Positions 51,901-63,091 of a DNA stretch of 64,000 nt are shown in pieces; within the stretch, counting starts at the first letter, position 1; the number at the start of each line of letters is the position of its first letter. The notes below the pieces were generated by a model. The model was not told the DNA's origin and searched no databases. It worked only from the letters and a program-made list of their open reading frames with translations. The position numbers and the translations under genes were made by a program. Source of the DNA: Podarcis vaucheri (lineage: Eukaryota). Location: the NCBI GenBank assembly GCA_965113315.1, contig OZ220363.1, one strand, 5' to 3'.

Positions 51901-54900
51901 TCTTCATTAATGGCTTGTGTCCTCATTTAGCTTTAGGCAGAGAGTAGCATACGTTTTGCTACATTGCGGGAAATTCTGTTCAGAACTATTGTGCTTTGCA
52001 AGCAGTTCACATTCATTTCAAGACTTTTCAAAAGAAAAGCTGTAGAGAGCTTGTTGTGGCACTTGGGGACTTGCTGTGTTGCATACCAAACTTGAGCAAC
52101 TTGAACAACCTTTTAATTAAGGCTGGCCCTGTGGAACATTTGGGCTCTGGCTGGTCTCAAACGTGCCTGCACAGGGAATTAGGTTTGTTGTAGAAACTAG
52201 AGTTGCATAGTTCTCAGTGGCAGTAACAGAGAACCTATAAAAAGAACAGGAAGTGTCTCAGTGAACTAAGTTTGGTTCTCTACCCCAGCAGGAGGCGCGG
52301 GAACAAAAAGAAGATGATGACCTTAAACGAGCCACTGAATTGAGTCTGCAAGGTGAGATGTACAGGAGAAAATAGGGATGAGTTTTCATATCATTCCACA
52401 ATTGCTCACAGTACTTGAAAGGAAGCTGGTATTTTGTTCTTTGCCTCATTTGTATTACTTTGTGCTCTAGTCCTTCCAGTTTAGGTTCAATATAAAAGCA
52501 CATTCAGCTGGTAAACTCTGAAACACAACATGCAGATCAGTGGAATTGTTTTATTATTCTTTCTTTTTTTCTTCCCTTGAAATTCCTCATTTTCTGTCAG
52601 AGAATCCTCATTAAGTTCATATTCCAGTTTCATTTTCTGCAAATTTTTGGCAGCAACTCTGCTTAAAAGCCTTTGTAAAAAGTAAATGGTTTAAGCTCTC
52701 CCCCAAGTGAGTTTTCTTTGCCTTCCAATGAATACAACGGGGGGAAATGTGTTTGTTTGGTAGACAGTTACAGGACATAAAGGAATTGACTCATATCATT
52801 GCAGCATGAAAGCACAGATAGTTAAGAGATGCAAAGTACTGGTTTTCTACTGAAGGCTTTTGCTACTAGAGAGAGGTAGATACAATGCTGGTAGTATTTG
52901 TGGGCGTAGCAGAATGCTCTATAGGCAATCATAGCTTGTTTTCTGTGGTTCCTTCTCCCTTTCAGTTTGTTCTGCTGACCAACTGTACTGTGCCTTGTAT
53001 GTAGGCTGATCTGTGATCCACCAATCCTGACCTGTCTTACCGAGTCAGTGGTAAAAATGTGAATGTCAAATTTCCAAATCTGTAAAACTTAACAACATGG
53101 AGTTTAATCCTGGTTTAGGTGATCTACAGCAAAAGCTATGACAAGTGGCATAACTTTCATATGCAAGTAATTAACTCAAAGCAGAACTTTTTTATTTAGC
53201 AGTAAGCAGAGTTGGCTTCAGAGTGTTATTATTGCGATGATGGTGGTGGTGGTGATAGTTCTGTGAAAACTAAAGCAGAAATGTTACAGAACCTCAAAGC
53301 TTAAAATTTCCCGCTACTTAGAAAAAGTTGCATGTATTTTGCTCAGTCCAGCAACTATTAAATTTCTATATTTTGATCACTTCTTGCCATGAGCGAAGAG
53401 GCAAGATGCTAACACACTAGTTGCATTCCACCTTTTAACTGGAGCAGCAACATTTGAGAGCAGTACCTCAATGAAGCCTTAAAAGGATGTTTCCTTGCAT
53501 AAAATTGAAAATACAGAAACTATTTGCTGTGTGTATATAGAATATTTACTTGATGCCCATTATTACAGTGCTTTATTTAGCAAAGGAGAGGGAACTATTT
53601 TGGATAAATGGTGTGCTGGTATATTGTCAGTTTTGTGATATGCTTATGATCAAGGGTCTTACACAGTATCATTTTCATGGTGTTTAGAGTTTAACAGCTC
53701 TCTTCTGGACAGCCTTGGCTCTGATGAGGACTCTGGGAATGAGGATGTTCTGGACATGGAATACTCAGAAGCAGAAGCTGAGGAATTGAAAAGAAATGCT
53801 GAGGTGATGGTCTGGGCTATTGGGACTAGCTCCCATTTTATTACTATACGTGGAGTAAAAGCATATATAAATGCTTACGGGGAGCTTTTCTGTTTTGATG
53901 GTTCAGCTTGTTTGATATGATATCCTTAGCTATCTTTGAGACTGTTTGTAAAGTTCTCTCAGTGGGTGGTGTTTGAGACTTGGGTTTAAATGCCTGCCTC
54001 ATCATTTGGATGAGTTACTCTTCCTCTTGGAGATGAGGGTGGAGAAATAGTGATTTCCCTTTAGGGAGAAGGATGGAGTGGGGGAAATGCACATCTTGAT
54101 TTGTTGGCTAAGCAGGGGTGGGGGACTTGTGGCCTTGTATAGATTGTTGAACTCCAGTTCCTATCAGCTCTAGCCAGCATGACCAGTGGTCAGAAACTAA
54201 GGGGGCTGTAGTGTAGCAATGTCTGGAGGACCACAGGCTCTGCATCCCTGGGTTAATTAAGCTGGTATTTCATGCAGCACAGTAATTACATTATTGGTAA
54301 GATAAGTTTCTTAATTGTGAAGTAATCATACTGTTTAGTATTATGTTGAAGTTTTGTTTTGTTTGTTTGCTGTATAAATTGAAAAGATTATTTTTATACT
54401 CAAAGGAAAAGGTTTTACAAGCCCTTCAACCTGCATTCCTAAAACCCAATTTTTAACATAGTGAAGTGTGACGGTAACTAGCCTTCCCTTTTAGAGAATG
54501 CAGGCAAACAATTATTTTTCCACTGTTCCTTCATACATCTTGAATATGGTTGTAGAGATGTTTGAGACAGTCTTCTTCCTCACAATTTTCTGGCTATTGT
54601 GCCTGTTGTATTCTGTTGATGTTTCAGAATAGTTTCTTTGTGCTGTCTCTCTCCCTGCTGGTTTACACATGCCCTCTAGGAAATCTTCCTGTTAGTGCAT
54701 TGTAGGCTGTGACCTAGGTAACACCCAGTAAGGTCAGAGTTTCCGTACTGAGCCTTTTGGAGCTCTGCATTGGCACATTGACGGCATTCCAGTTTCTGGG
54801 GTTTTAACAATGATGAGAGCTAGTTTAAAAATGAGAGGAAGTTAAGGCTGTATGTTCTCTGCTCCTGAGTTACCCGTAAGCTTTGACCTGAGCAAATTAG

Positions 54901-56549
54901 CAATATCTCAAAAGGTTTACTCCAGTGTTTGGCGCCATAAAGATTTTATGGTAGCTAAACCATAATCTACCTACCTTTCTCAGTCTGGTAGAAGAGCAAA
55001 CTTAAACTAATAATTGACTTTTTCCTCAGACAGGAGAGCTGCCCAACTCCTATCGACTCATTAGTGTTGTCAGCCATATTGGAGACACTTCCTCCTCAGG
55101 TAAGGCAAACATCACTTCCTTGATAGCTCTGCTCTCTACAGGAAAAGTGTGTCTCTTGTGTTTTTTCAGCAACCAAAACCACAAAGGAAAAAGAAGAAGA
55201 TTGTTAATATTTCATTTTGTGTGCTTGGGGGAAAAAAATCAGTTTTCCCAGAACCAACAGGGTTGTTGCCTAAATTCAGCAATTGAGTTAAGCTCACTGA
55301 AGCCCATAGAAATAATTATCCAAGAGAAACCAGCTATTTTAAGTGGAATTCATCTTGCTAATTTAAATCAATCATTTTCAAAATAGCAAAATGCAGTTTG
55401 TACTAGGGAGTGTTATTGTCTTTCAGTTTATTAATTAATAAACAAATTGGCTTGAAAATACTTCTGACCCTTAATGTAGTCTGGAAGCTACAGTCTATGG
55501 TGTTCTAATATTTTCTTTCTCTTTCTCCCCCATCATATTGAAGGTCACTATATTAGTGATGTGTATGACATTCGCAAGCAAGTATGGTTCACATACAATG
55601 ACTTGGAGGTATCCAGAACTCAAGAAGCCTCTGTGCAGAGTGACAGAGACCGGAGTGGCTACATCTTCTTTTATATGCACAAGTAAATGCACTTTATGTG
55701 TCCTCCCCAAATGGTCCAATCCTTTTTTATTTGCATTTGCATTCTCTAAAATGGGCTCATGTGTTTCTAATTCCTGTTTTCCTAGTTGCTAGTTATAGTA
55801 TGGCCCTGAATAGCTTATAAGAATTATTGGAACCTGTTTTATAGCCCCTTGACTGGGAAGGTGCAAAATAGCGAGGCTGTAACTCTGGAACCTGAGCAGA
55901 TTCTCTTGCATGCATTTTGCCTGTCTTTTTCACCCTCTACATCAGGGGTGGGGAATCTCCAGTCGACAGGCCAATCTTGACCTGCCAGGAGGCCCAGTTT
56001 TTTCCTTGAGGCTATCCCCACTTATCAGCCAACTGATATCACTGTGTGATGGCAGCTGATGGATTGGGTGGAACAGGGTTCAATCCTACTGGATACTGCT
56101 TCACCAGCACATTCCCTGTAGTCCCCTGCAGAGAATATGATTGAACCCTACACTCAGCAGCTGGCGAGCAGAGAGTTCAGTCCTGCTAGGTGCTGCTTTG
56201 CTTGCAGGTTTCTTGTGGGAAAAGCAGACCTAACCCTGGCTGGCCAGCTTTGACTAGTAAATGGGACCTCTCACCTATCACTCATCTAATGTCATCATGA
56301 AGTCAGCTGGTTGACAGGTGAGTGGCCCCACCTGTGGGGTACAGGAAGATAAACATCTGGCTCACTAGGCCCAGAAGGTTTCCTACCCCTGCTCTACAGC
56401 TTTGCTTCCCCATTAAAAGCTTTCCTTCTTCTTTGACATGAACCTCTTTTGTGTTTCCCAGGGAGATATTTGATGAGTTGCTAGAAACGGAAAAGAATAT
56501 GCAGCTGCCTTGCACGGAGGTGGGGAAGCCAGTTCGGCAGCCCATTTGA
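30842..56549 (+). CDS. USP37: Ubiquitin-specific protease 37, full spliced CDS span, 23 coding exons, 984 aa
   Basis: 2955 nt, all GT-AG, phases consistent; N-terminal PH-like domain, Cys box GFTNLGNTCYMN, QNDAHEF, three UIMs, His box SHIG..SSGHY, WFTYND. Confidence 0.98.
31189..31430. mobile_element. Tc1/mariner-type MITE, family A copy 3 (orientation opposite to copies 1, 2, 5)
   Basis: Perfect TIRs; TA TSD. Confidence 0.92.
32288..32456 (+). CDS. USP37: USP37 coding exon 2 (LNHNIKNV...QNGVHT)
   Basis: 169 nt AG/GT. Confidence 0.95.
32623..32720 (+). CDS. USP37: USP37 coding exon 3 (AVKSSQGSGSFG...IENQ)
   Basis: 98 nt AG/GT. Confidence 0.93.
34029..34210 (+). CDS. USP37: USP37 coding exon 4 (TPSKKG...RKVLGNPGR...GLLENR)
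   Basis: 182 nt AG/GT. Confidence 0.93.
34482..34553 (+). CDS. USP37: USP37 coding exon 5 (ERRKR...EDYPKENDSS)
   Basis: 72 nt AG/GT; KEN motif. Confidence 0.88.
35492..35744. mobile_element. Tc1/mariner-type MITE, family B
   Basis: TIR CAGTGG.(T/C)CC.CGCAAGACGAA; TA TSD; internal TTTCGTCTTGCGA repeats. Confidence 0.88.
36230..36560. mobile_element. Nested, truncated Tc1/mariner-pogo remnants
   Basis: CAGTGGTACCT end interrupted at a TA by a CCGTATTTTT.GCCCCATAAGAC end. Confidence 0.7.
36664..36761 (+). CDS. USP37: USP37 coding exon 6 (NNKAMTDPARK...EENRTS)
   Basis: 98 nt AG/GT. Confidence 0.94.
37773..37857 (+). CDS. USP37: USP37 coding exon 7 (GVLPLHSSSFYGSR...NLDR)
   Basis: 85 nt AG/GTAAGT. 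Confidence 0.94.
38590..38670 (+). mobile_element. CR1 LINE 3' end
   Basis: gactagatgaccctt...(ATTCTATG)2 tail. Confidence 0.75.
38951..39175. mobile_element. Tc1/mariner-type MITE, family A copy 4 (same orientation as copy 3)
   Basis: TIRs; TA TSD. Confidence 0.9.
39776..39937 (+). CDS. USP37: USP37 coding exon 8 (TNLLNQTPSAKRSLGF...QQQLQG)
   Basis: 162 nt AG/GTAAGT. Confidence 0.95.
40236..40401. mobile_element. pogo/Tigger-like MITE
   Basis: Imperfect TIRs CCATATTATTCTGTGTATAA / TTATAGACAGAAAAATACGG. Confidence 0.65.
40984..41221. mobile_element. hAT (Charlie-like) MITE
   Basis: Ends ..GTAGGCAAAC / GTTTGCTGACC; 8-bp TSD CTGTAGTC on both sides. Confidence 0.8.
41296..41427 (+). CDS. USP37: USP37 coding exon 9, Cys box (FTNLGNTCYMNAILQSLF)
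   Basis: 132 nt; catalytic Cys codon 41318-41320. Confidence 0.97.
41985..42108 (+). CDS. USP37: USP37 coding exon 10 (RFTHLLAKKD...FSGYMQN)
   Basis: 124 nt AG/GTAAGT. Confidence 0.96.
42772..42983. mobile_element. Tc1/mariner-type MITE, family A copy 5
   Basis: TIRs; TA TSD; reverse complement of copy 4. Confidence 0.9.
43546..43751 (+). CDS. USP37: USP37 coding exon 11 (DAHEFLSQCLDQLKE...HSIICK)
   Basis: 206 nt AG/GTAAGT. Confidence 0.96.
44521..44638 (+). CDS. USP37: USP37 coding exon 12 (CGETVTKREQFNDLS...LDLFFR)
   Basis: 118 nt AG/GT. Confidence 0.96.
44935..45310 (-). mobile_element. L2 LINE 3' end
   Basis: FRCFLKTVLFRQAF matches the typical L2 ORF2 terminus. Confidence 0.65.
46209..46288 (+). 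CDS. USP37: USP37 coding exon 13 (AEEIEYSCEKCNGK...SRLPR)
   Basis: 80 nt AG/GT. Confidence 0.96.
46751..46915 (+). CDS. USP37: USP37 coding exon 14 (VLILHLKRYSFN...GWSAQSA)
   Basis: 165 nt AG/GT. Confidence 0.96.
47426..47491 (+). CDS. USP37: USP37 coding exon 15 (SRPLKVSQMVNSCSASIFTPC)
   Basis: 66 nt AG/GTAAGT. Confidence 0.93.
48550..48694 (+). CDS. USP37: USP37 coding exon 16 (KYSFKF...LDSDSEDE...EELEK)
   Basis: 145 nt AG/GT. Confidence 0.93.
49470..49725 (+). CDS. USP37: USP37 coding exon 17, UIM1 (SEEELLAAVLEISKR)
   Basis: 256 nt AG/GT. Confidence 0.95.
49730..50300 (-). mobile_element. L1 fragments: 3' end (about 49730-50010) and RT piece (about 50080-50300)
   Basis: Minus-strand FKEEWEMFIEY...* terminus and YKLRAFADDVV...GFKINSDKT. 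Confidence 0.8.
51140..51306 (+). CDS. USP37: USP37 coding exon 18, KEN motif and UIM2 (REEQELQQALAQSLQEQ)
   Basis: 167 nt AG/GT. Confidence 0.96.
52292..52352 (+). CDS. USP37: USP37 coding exon 19, UIM3 (EAREQKEDDDLKRATELSLQ); alternative start 52289
   Basis: 61 nt (or 64 nt); CAGCAG acceptor. Confidence 0.93.
53688..53803 (+). CDS. USP37: USP37 coding exon 20 (FNSSLLDSLGSDEDSGNED...KRNAE)
   Basis: 116 nt AG/GT; DSG degron-like motif. Confidence 0.95.
55030..55099 (+). CDS. USP37: USP37 coding exon 21 (TGELPNSYRLISVVSHIGDTSSS)
   Basis: 70 nt AG/GT. Confidence 0.96.
55544..55682 (+). CDS. USP37: USP37 coding exon 22, His box (GHYISDVYD...WFTYND...GYIFFYMH)
   Basis: 139 nt AG/GT. Confidence 0.97.
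55943..56391. mobile_element. hAT MITE in the last USP37 intron
   Basis: TIRs CAGGGGTGGGGAA / TTCCTACCCCTG; TSD ctctacat/ctctacag. Confidence 0.75.
56462..56549 (+). CDS. USP37: USP37 last coding exon (EIFDELLETEK...RQPI*)
   Basis: 88 nt; TGA at 56547-56549. Confidence 0.95.
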
Positions 56550-57521
56550 AGCACGTCGCTTTAACTGAGCACAAGTGATTTCTGACCTTTTGCCTGACAT
56601 GCAAGAGCCACAAACCCCCGAGAACTCAGGGCGTAGTTGAGACAACCCCATGGAATAGGAGGAATGGACCACTTCACGCCTTCCTTTTGAATTTCAACCA
56701 TGCAGCTAAGCTTCTTTTACCTGGAGTTTCCTTCTTATTCTTTTGTTTTAAATAGTCAAGGAATAATTGTGCCAGCAGCCATGGCGTTAATCATGCCAGA
56801 GGATTGAATGGCTCCTTCAAAAACTCATAAAAGGATGGTGTGAGAAGCGACTGCAAGTTCGCCCATTTACCTCTCACAGGGAAACCGAGAAGATGCTACA
56901 TATTGGGTGGTTTTCTATGCCTTCCCTACACGAGAGCAAAATAAGCAATAGTCTCGAATCTGGTAAATATTGTGTACATAACGTGAATTGCAAAGTGCTG
57001 AAGGCTGACTCAGCTAAATGGAGTACCCTGGCATTGCTGAAACTGGGACACCCATGGTCTTTAATAAAGGATCACACAGATCCAGGAAACAAACTGTCGG
57101 TGCTTTGGAACCCATGGATTACATCTTCACATAGTTCACTTTCGTCCTTGTTTTTAAAATTAAAATATATACTATATAAATATATATATATAATTTTTAA
57201 AGTTTTTATTCTTTTTTGACTGTGTTCTTTTCTAAGTACTGCCATTTGCAGAAAGGTTTTATTTCTCTGTGAGCATTTGTGTGTATAATCTGTATTAGTC
57301 TGTGTATATATATCTACATATATATTAGCTGTGTTTCACTGAAGACTGTCCCGGTTTGGCAATGAGAGAGGCAGCTAACTGGAAGTACAAGTCCTGGCTT
57401 TTGGCAGGCCTTTTTTTACCAGTGCCCAGCTAGTGCTAATCAGTAAATGAAGCACGAACGAGAGTTCTGTTTTCCCTGTGTTTGTGTTGGCTTTCAGCCC
57501 TGAAAAACTGCACGTGCTTGA

Positions 57522-57564
<43 letters not shown>

Positions 57565-60360
57565 ATATCTTTCCCAGCTTTACTCTGTTGGGCAAGAGTT
57601 GTATGCCAACAGATGAAATATTAAAATGTACCTGGATTTATTCTAGTTGTGTGGTAAGTGCAGTTAAATCAGTTGAAAAAATCAGAGAACTCTCAAAAGT
57701 GGTTATTTGATGTTTTCGAGACATTTCAGGGTGTAGATGTTAGGGTTTGGTTATTTAATAGTATTTAGATAACACGAAATTCATTTTGTAGCTTGTTTGA
57801 CAAAAAGAACAAGAAAAATACTATCTAGAATTAATTTGTTTCAGTTCCTCATTTTAATACTGGAAATTTATTCCAGTTTTTTCACTTTTGCTTTTGTGGC
57901 AATAAAATTGCTAATTATTGAGGTGCCTCTTGGTTTGCCCCTAACTCAGACTTTTCTTTTGAAAAGGTTAACAGGTGTTGAGAGGGGTTGTCATCACCCC
58001 TTCTTGGCAATTGTTTTTAATTACAATTAGAACTTCCTAAGAAATATAATCCTTTGACTGGAAGACACAAACCATGGGCATTAGTAGGCAACAGGTATTA
58101 CCTGTTGTGGAAGGATTTCCCTACAGGGCTTATAGAATTACAGGCTGTGTTAGGCAACTCTGAATGACATTTGCTGTGTCAAGGGTAGTAGTAGGGTGAT
58201 AACTTTATTATTTGCTTGGCTAATCTGCCAAACCAAACAAAAGTTCTCCCAAGTCATACTGCCAAAAGCATAGTGTTTAAATTTATTCTATCATTGTGAT
58301 TTTGCACTGTTGACGGTCAGAGTTATTTGAATGCGCTTTTTAGTAAGGAATAAGGGGTTTTTCTTTAGGTGCAAAAGAGGAACCTCAAAACGAAATACTG
58401 TTCTGGAGTAAGGCTGTACATCTCTTACTGATTCTGAGGTAGTGCTGTCCATCTCTCTCCCCCCACTACCACCACCTCTCCCTCGAAACTCCCAGATAAA
58501 TGCATTAAGTAGTTGTCATGACACCTACAGGTTCATATTGATAGCATGGTCAAGATAAATTAACTCCCATATTTACAGTCAAAATATTATAGGTAGGTGT
58601 CATAATAAGACAGTATAGAGCATCCAGGTTCAGGTTCAGAGTCATCCGAATTGTCAGGAATGTGGACTCATTAGAGCAATCATATGTTTTTGCTTCATCT
58701 AGTATTGAGAATGCAACTTAGCCAGAAGTGATTGTAAGCCAGTGATTATGTCAAGCTATGGCAACTTTCTAAATAGTTTTTTGCCCCTTAAGGTGAAATG
58801 TGCTGGCAAGGAAGGTACTATCTAGCGCTCCCTCTATATATGTAAATTTACATTTACATCCTTGTTGGCATTTGCAGTCCATTAAAATCTGTAGAATGTG
58901 TTGTGCGAGGGAGATTTTAAACTCAATCAGTTTTTATTGTCTACTGTTTTAACATGAAGTGCTGAAACTGTGCAAGAGTTTACGTTTGTACAGTTTTCTC
59001 GGCCATTCAGGATTACATTTAGAACCAAATTTTAAGTATGTGGTTTATAGCATTTTGTACTATAGGTCATCTTGAGAAATACAGAAACTTTGGGGACCTA
59101 AACAGCAGTGACTTCCTGCTGCTGTCTAGAATCTTGTTGCCTGCTAAAGGGAAGGTTTGTTTTTAGAGCGGTGTGATATGTAACTTTCTGAGACATTATT
59201 CTTGGGTTCAAAAGAAGGAAGCAACTAAACATGAGTTCATCCAATAGAATTTATAGTTTGGTTCATGCCTGCATATTTTAAACCTCACTTTTCTACATTT
59301 GCCCTATTTTTGCTGTATTTTTCTGCTATATTTACTTTTGATAAAGAAAAATAGCCATATATGTGTTTGCACTAAGTAACTAAACTCTCCATAACCTCCA
59401 CCCCTCCCCAACAAATCCTGTATATAGCTGGATTAATAAAATAGCTCAGGTTGTTTGCTAAAGAAAACTTTAGAAATCACCATGCACCTATTTTTTAATG
59501 AAGATTTTTCCTTATATAAAAAAAGCTTGTTCTTTCTAGCCATGGGCTAGAAATTGAAAACCTAAGCATGCAAATATAGGGCATTAGGCATCAGTGTTTC
59601 ACTTAAAGTTAAATCTGTCCATCAGTTTTGCCCTCACTACTGGAAGATGAATGCTCAGTGTTTTATAAATGGAGTCTGTGGAAATAACCTTGAAGATACA
59701 GAGGATTCCAGTGATTTCTCTATCCTGGGCTCCCTGCCCCCTTCCACCATGGGGGAGTCAACAGCATAAGGTGTACTACATGTTTCAGGCATGCAGGGTC
59801 TTTCAAGTACTAAATGGGTTAACAAAACCTGCTTGCCCTGCAGCTAATTAAAGCTGGATTAATTATAATTAAATAGTATTTCATTGGAAATCCATGGAAT
59901 TTTTCAGATCCCTGTGATGGGAGTTTGGGGTAAGATGCGGAGCTGAGTTTCTGTACAAGAATTGGTGTTCTTTTTGAACCAGTGTAACATGGGGAGTGAA
60001 CCGTCTCGGAATGAAAATGAAGTGGGTGGGTTGTTGCCCCTATGCTACTTCCCAGTGTTAACCTACTTCTTTGCTCCCCTGCTTCTTTAATAAGTTATTC
60101 TCTAAAAACTTAGGGGGAGTGAGTGAGTTGGGGCGAGAGTTCTTGTCATGTGTGTTTGAGGCAGTTGTCTTGGGGATTTTTTTTTAATGTTGGGAGTCAC
60201 TTTGTGTCCCTTGACACTTAATGTGGAGCAGCACTTTTCTGTGTTTTAGCAGACTTGTTTCTATGTATTCTTTACTAAATTCTGCCTTCTTTTCTTCCTC
60301 TTTAAATGATGTGTAGATTGATTTCAGAGAAATTAAACACTCTTCATTAATGCTGAATCT
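56550..60360 (+). other. USP37: Probable long USP37 3' UTR
   Basis: AU-rich and nearly free of transposons; AATAAA at 57901 and 59435; ATTAAA at 60332 followed by a U-rich tract. Confidence 0.55.
57524..57562 (+). repeat. (GT)~19 microsatellite in the USP37 3' UTR
   Basis: Direct reading. Confidence 0.95.
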
Positions 60361-62031
60361 CGTTTCTTTCTTTTTTTAAAAAAAAAAAGATTCAGGTGTC
60401 TTACAGCTTTGTTTAGCACAGAGTTACATTCTTCCCCTCCCTCTGCAGTGCATTGCACACCCTCAGAATATGCTTGAGAGGGTTGGGTGGTTCTCAGATT
60501 TCACTGCTGTTTATTGTTGTTGTAGTTGATACTCTAAATTTATGGCCGCCTATTTTTATGATTCTTCAAAACGTATTCCATTCCTTGGGGTTTGTATCCA
60601 ACACAGCTGGTTTGTTAGTACAGCAGGCTTCCGCTTGCGTAATGGACTTTTCCCCTCCTCTCCCCTCTAGCCCCCCCGCGGACCCTCAAAATCTGCTCCA
60701 GAGGGTTGGAGGACTCTCAGAGCAGATTTTGAGAGCATATGGGGAGAGGAGAGGAAGGAGAAGTCCTGCTTGCATAAAAGCTTTTGATACAGTCCCTAGT
60801 GTGCTTGGCTTAGTTTCATTTGAAGCGTAAATCTATTAGAGAAGATACGTTTCGAAAAGCCATTTTGATCCATAGAGGAAAGAAATATGCATTAGAAAGC
60901 TGAGTTTCTCAGAAAGTCACCAGGCCATCAAATGTGCAGTTGTTCTTGCATTTCCCTTCAGAGAAATGAAGCACTACTTCTGCCAGTATGGAATAGGTAT
61001 AAACCATTCTCTGAACAAAGTCTAGCTCCTTGAGACACAACAGCAACTGCCTGGGGAAAATCCATCCTAGTTCTGCTTTTGTCCTGTAAGGTAAGGTATG
61101 GTAAGTCGCTTCTCAAGTGGGGACAGGTCCTCATTTTGAAGACCTATGTATCTGCATTATAAAATGCATATGGTAAGCCCTATGGAATACTTTTCATTAA
61201 GGAAACTTCAGCTTGATCTTCTACTCATTGCTTAAAGCCTGATAAATGGAAGTAACTGCAGTTGCTAGTCCTGTTGTCAGCATTTTCATGTGTGATTATT
61301 GAATAATGGGAATTTGCAGTCATGAATTTTCTACAAAATTTATTTGAATTGCCTATGATTAGCCCTAGCCCACTAAATGTGATCAAAAACCACACTTCTG
61401 TGTGCAGGTGAATTGGAATTCACTCTGCACTTCTGGGTTCAGAGAAAAACAATGGAAAGTGGTGTGTATGTAAAGAAACAATTTAAAATTGTGTGGAAAT
61501 GTAGTTTCACAGGGGCAGGGTAGGGGGACTCCTCCCTATAGTATAATACTGGGGTTGGTAAAACAAAACTGCAGAAATTTGTCAACACTGAGCATACATA
61601 ATGTAGATCTTAGTGATGTCATTGCAGATATATTGGGGAAAACAATGTGGAAGTGCCAAATTTTATTCAGAAATTCAGAGAAGGCAAGATCAAGGGGGAA
61701 ATGGGGTGATCAGCTACAAGACAGCCTGGTGTTGGTGACTCACTAGAATAAATCACTACCTTGTTTCTTAGGTGGAGAAAGATGATACTCAAGTGGGCAG
61801 ACACAAGTTTAAAGGCTCCCTTTTCCTGCCTGGGCTGCCCTGTGTTTCTGGTAACTCAGAATTTGACCACCTGTAGGGTTAATGAATAAAATCCCCTTTG
61901 TTGCTGCATATAATCCAGTGGCAGAAAATGCTTGATTGTTCATTCTGGGACACTCCAAACAAACTTGGAATTATTTTTATTTTAAGTAAAAATATCCACT
62001 TTGAGGCAATGACAGCAGAAAGTTTACATTT

Positions 62032-62145
62032 TTAGAAAAGTCCTTTTTCCTTCTTGAGAGTCTGTTGCTTCCATTGAGGAAGGGCAGCAAAGTTTTGTCG
62101 GGACATTCCAAAGACAGCAAGAAAATCTTCATCTGATATGTAGTC
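62032..62145 (-). CDS. VIL1: Villin-1 last exon, HP35 ([37 protein letters not shown])
   Basis: 114 nt, absent from the ORF track; three-Phe core, Trp and KKEKGLF; adjacency to USP37 favours VIL1 over AVIL/VILL. Confidence 0.95.
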   Translation of the reverse strand, partial: DYISDEDFLAVFGMSRQNFAALPQWKQQTLKKEKGLF

Positions 62146-62880
62146 CTATGGGATGGGGGGAAAGGGCAAGGATGAGAGAGAGCGCAAGTCCAATCATAAA
62201 GGTAACACACTGTAGTGAAAACACTACATCCAGATTTCCTGAGTATTTGGGGGCACAGCTTGATAACACTCAGACAAGATGGCATGCTCAGAAGTCGTCT
62301 AAGGAAACTGGAGATTGTTCTGTATTTTCCTCAAGTTGTTGCCACTTTATGCTGGTTCAGAATGAATGAACAGTGGGAGCTTTTCAGCTAACTTTTTACA
62401 CCAGTGCACAAATTAGCACTGGCACAAATTTTCTTCCTCCTCCTTCTCCCACACAATCTCCAAATCAGCTCTGGAGGATCGGGGGAACCACCAGAACAGA
62501 TTAGGGGGGAAACACATGGGGAAAAGAGGGAGGGAATGTTCCATCTCTCACTCACAAATCCTTGTGCTGATGGTCTCCCAGCCTTAACACTATCTTGAAT
62601 ACAACCTAATATTAATTGGGGCAGATGGGGATGGCTTTGGAAAGGAACTGTGCATATCAAATGCTTCAGCACATTAGCAAGCTTTTATTCCTACACCCAT
62701 TAGATGTTTGTAGCCCTGATTTAGCATACGCTAGCCTATTCTGTATCTGGATTTGGTGATGTGAGATTAAGCTGTGCCAAGATCTGCATACACCACCACT
62801 TTGAGCTCTTTGGAGGAAAGGCAGGATATAAATGCAATAAATAAACAGGAGAAATGTGAATGCAGCCCTGGGATTCTCAC

Positions 62881-63018
62881 CTCCTTCCTGCTGGGGTTTA
62901 CATCGCTGGGTAGTTCCTCTGCAGACACATTCATCAATTTCTCCAGAGGGTAGGTTGACATTGAGATACTACCCAAGGTTGTGTTGGCAGTGAAAACTGT
63001 TTTTGCATCAAGTATTTC
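62881..63018 (-). CDS. VIL1: Villin-1 penultimate exon (EILDAKTVF...YPLEKLMNVSAEELPSDVNPSRKE)
   Basis: 138 nt AG/GT; headpiece N-terminal subdomain. Confidence 0.93.
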
Positions 63019-63091
63019 CTGAAAGAGAAATTGGAAGGGGGAATACCCAAAGCTCAAATGTGTCTTGTATCTATTTAAACAAGAGTTGAGG

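Noticed and set aside
17787-56549. U12-type introns, frameshifts or pseudogenisation in CNOT9 or USP37
   Set aside because: All donors are ordinary GT with no RTATCCTT motif; both reading frames are intact
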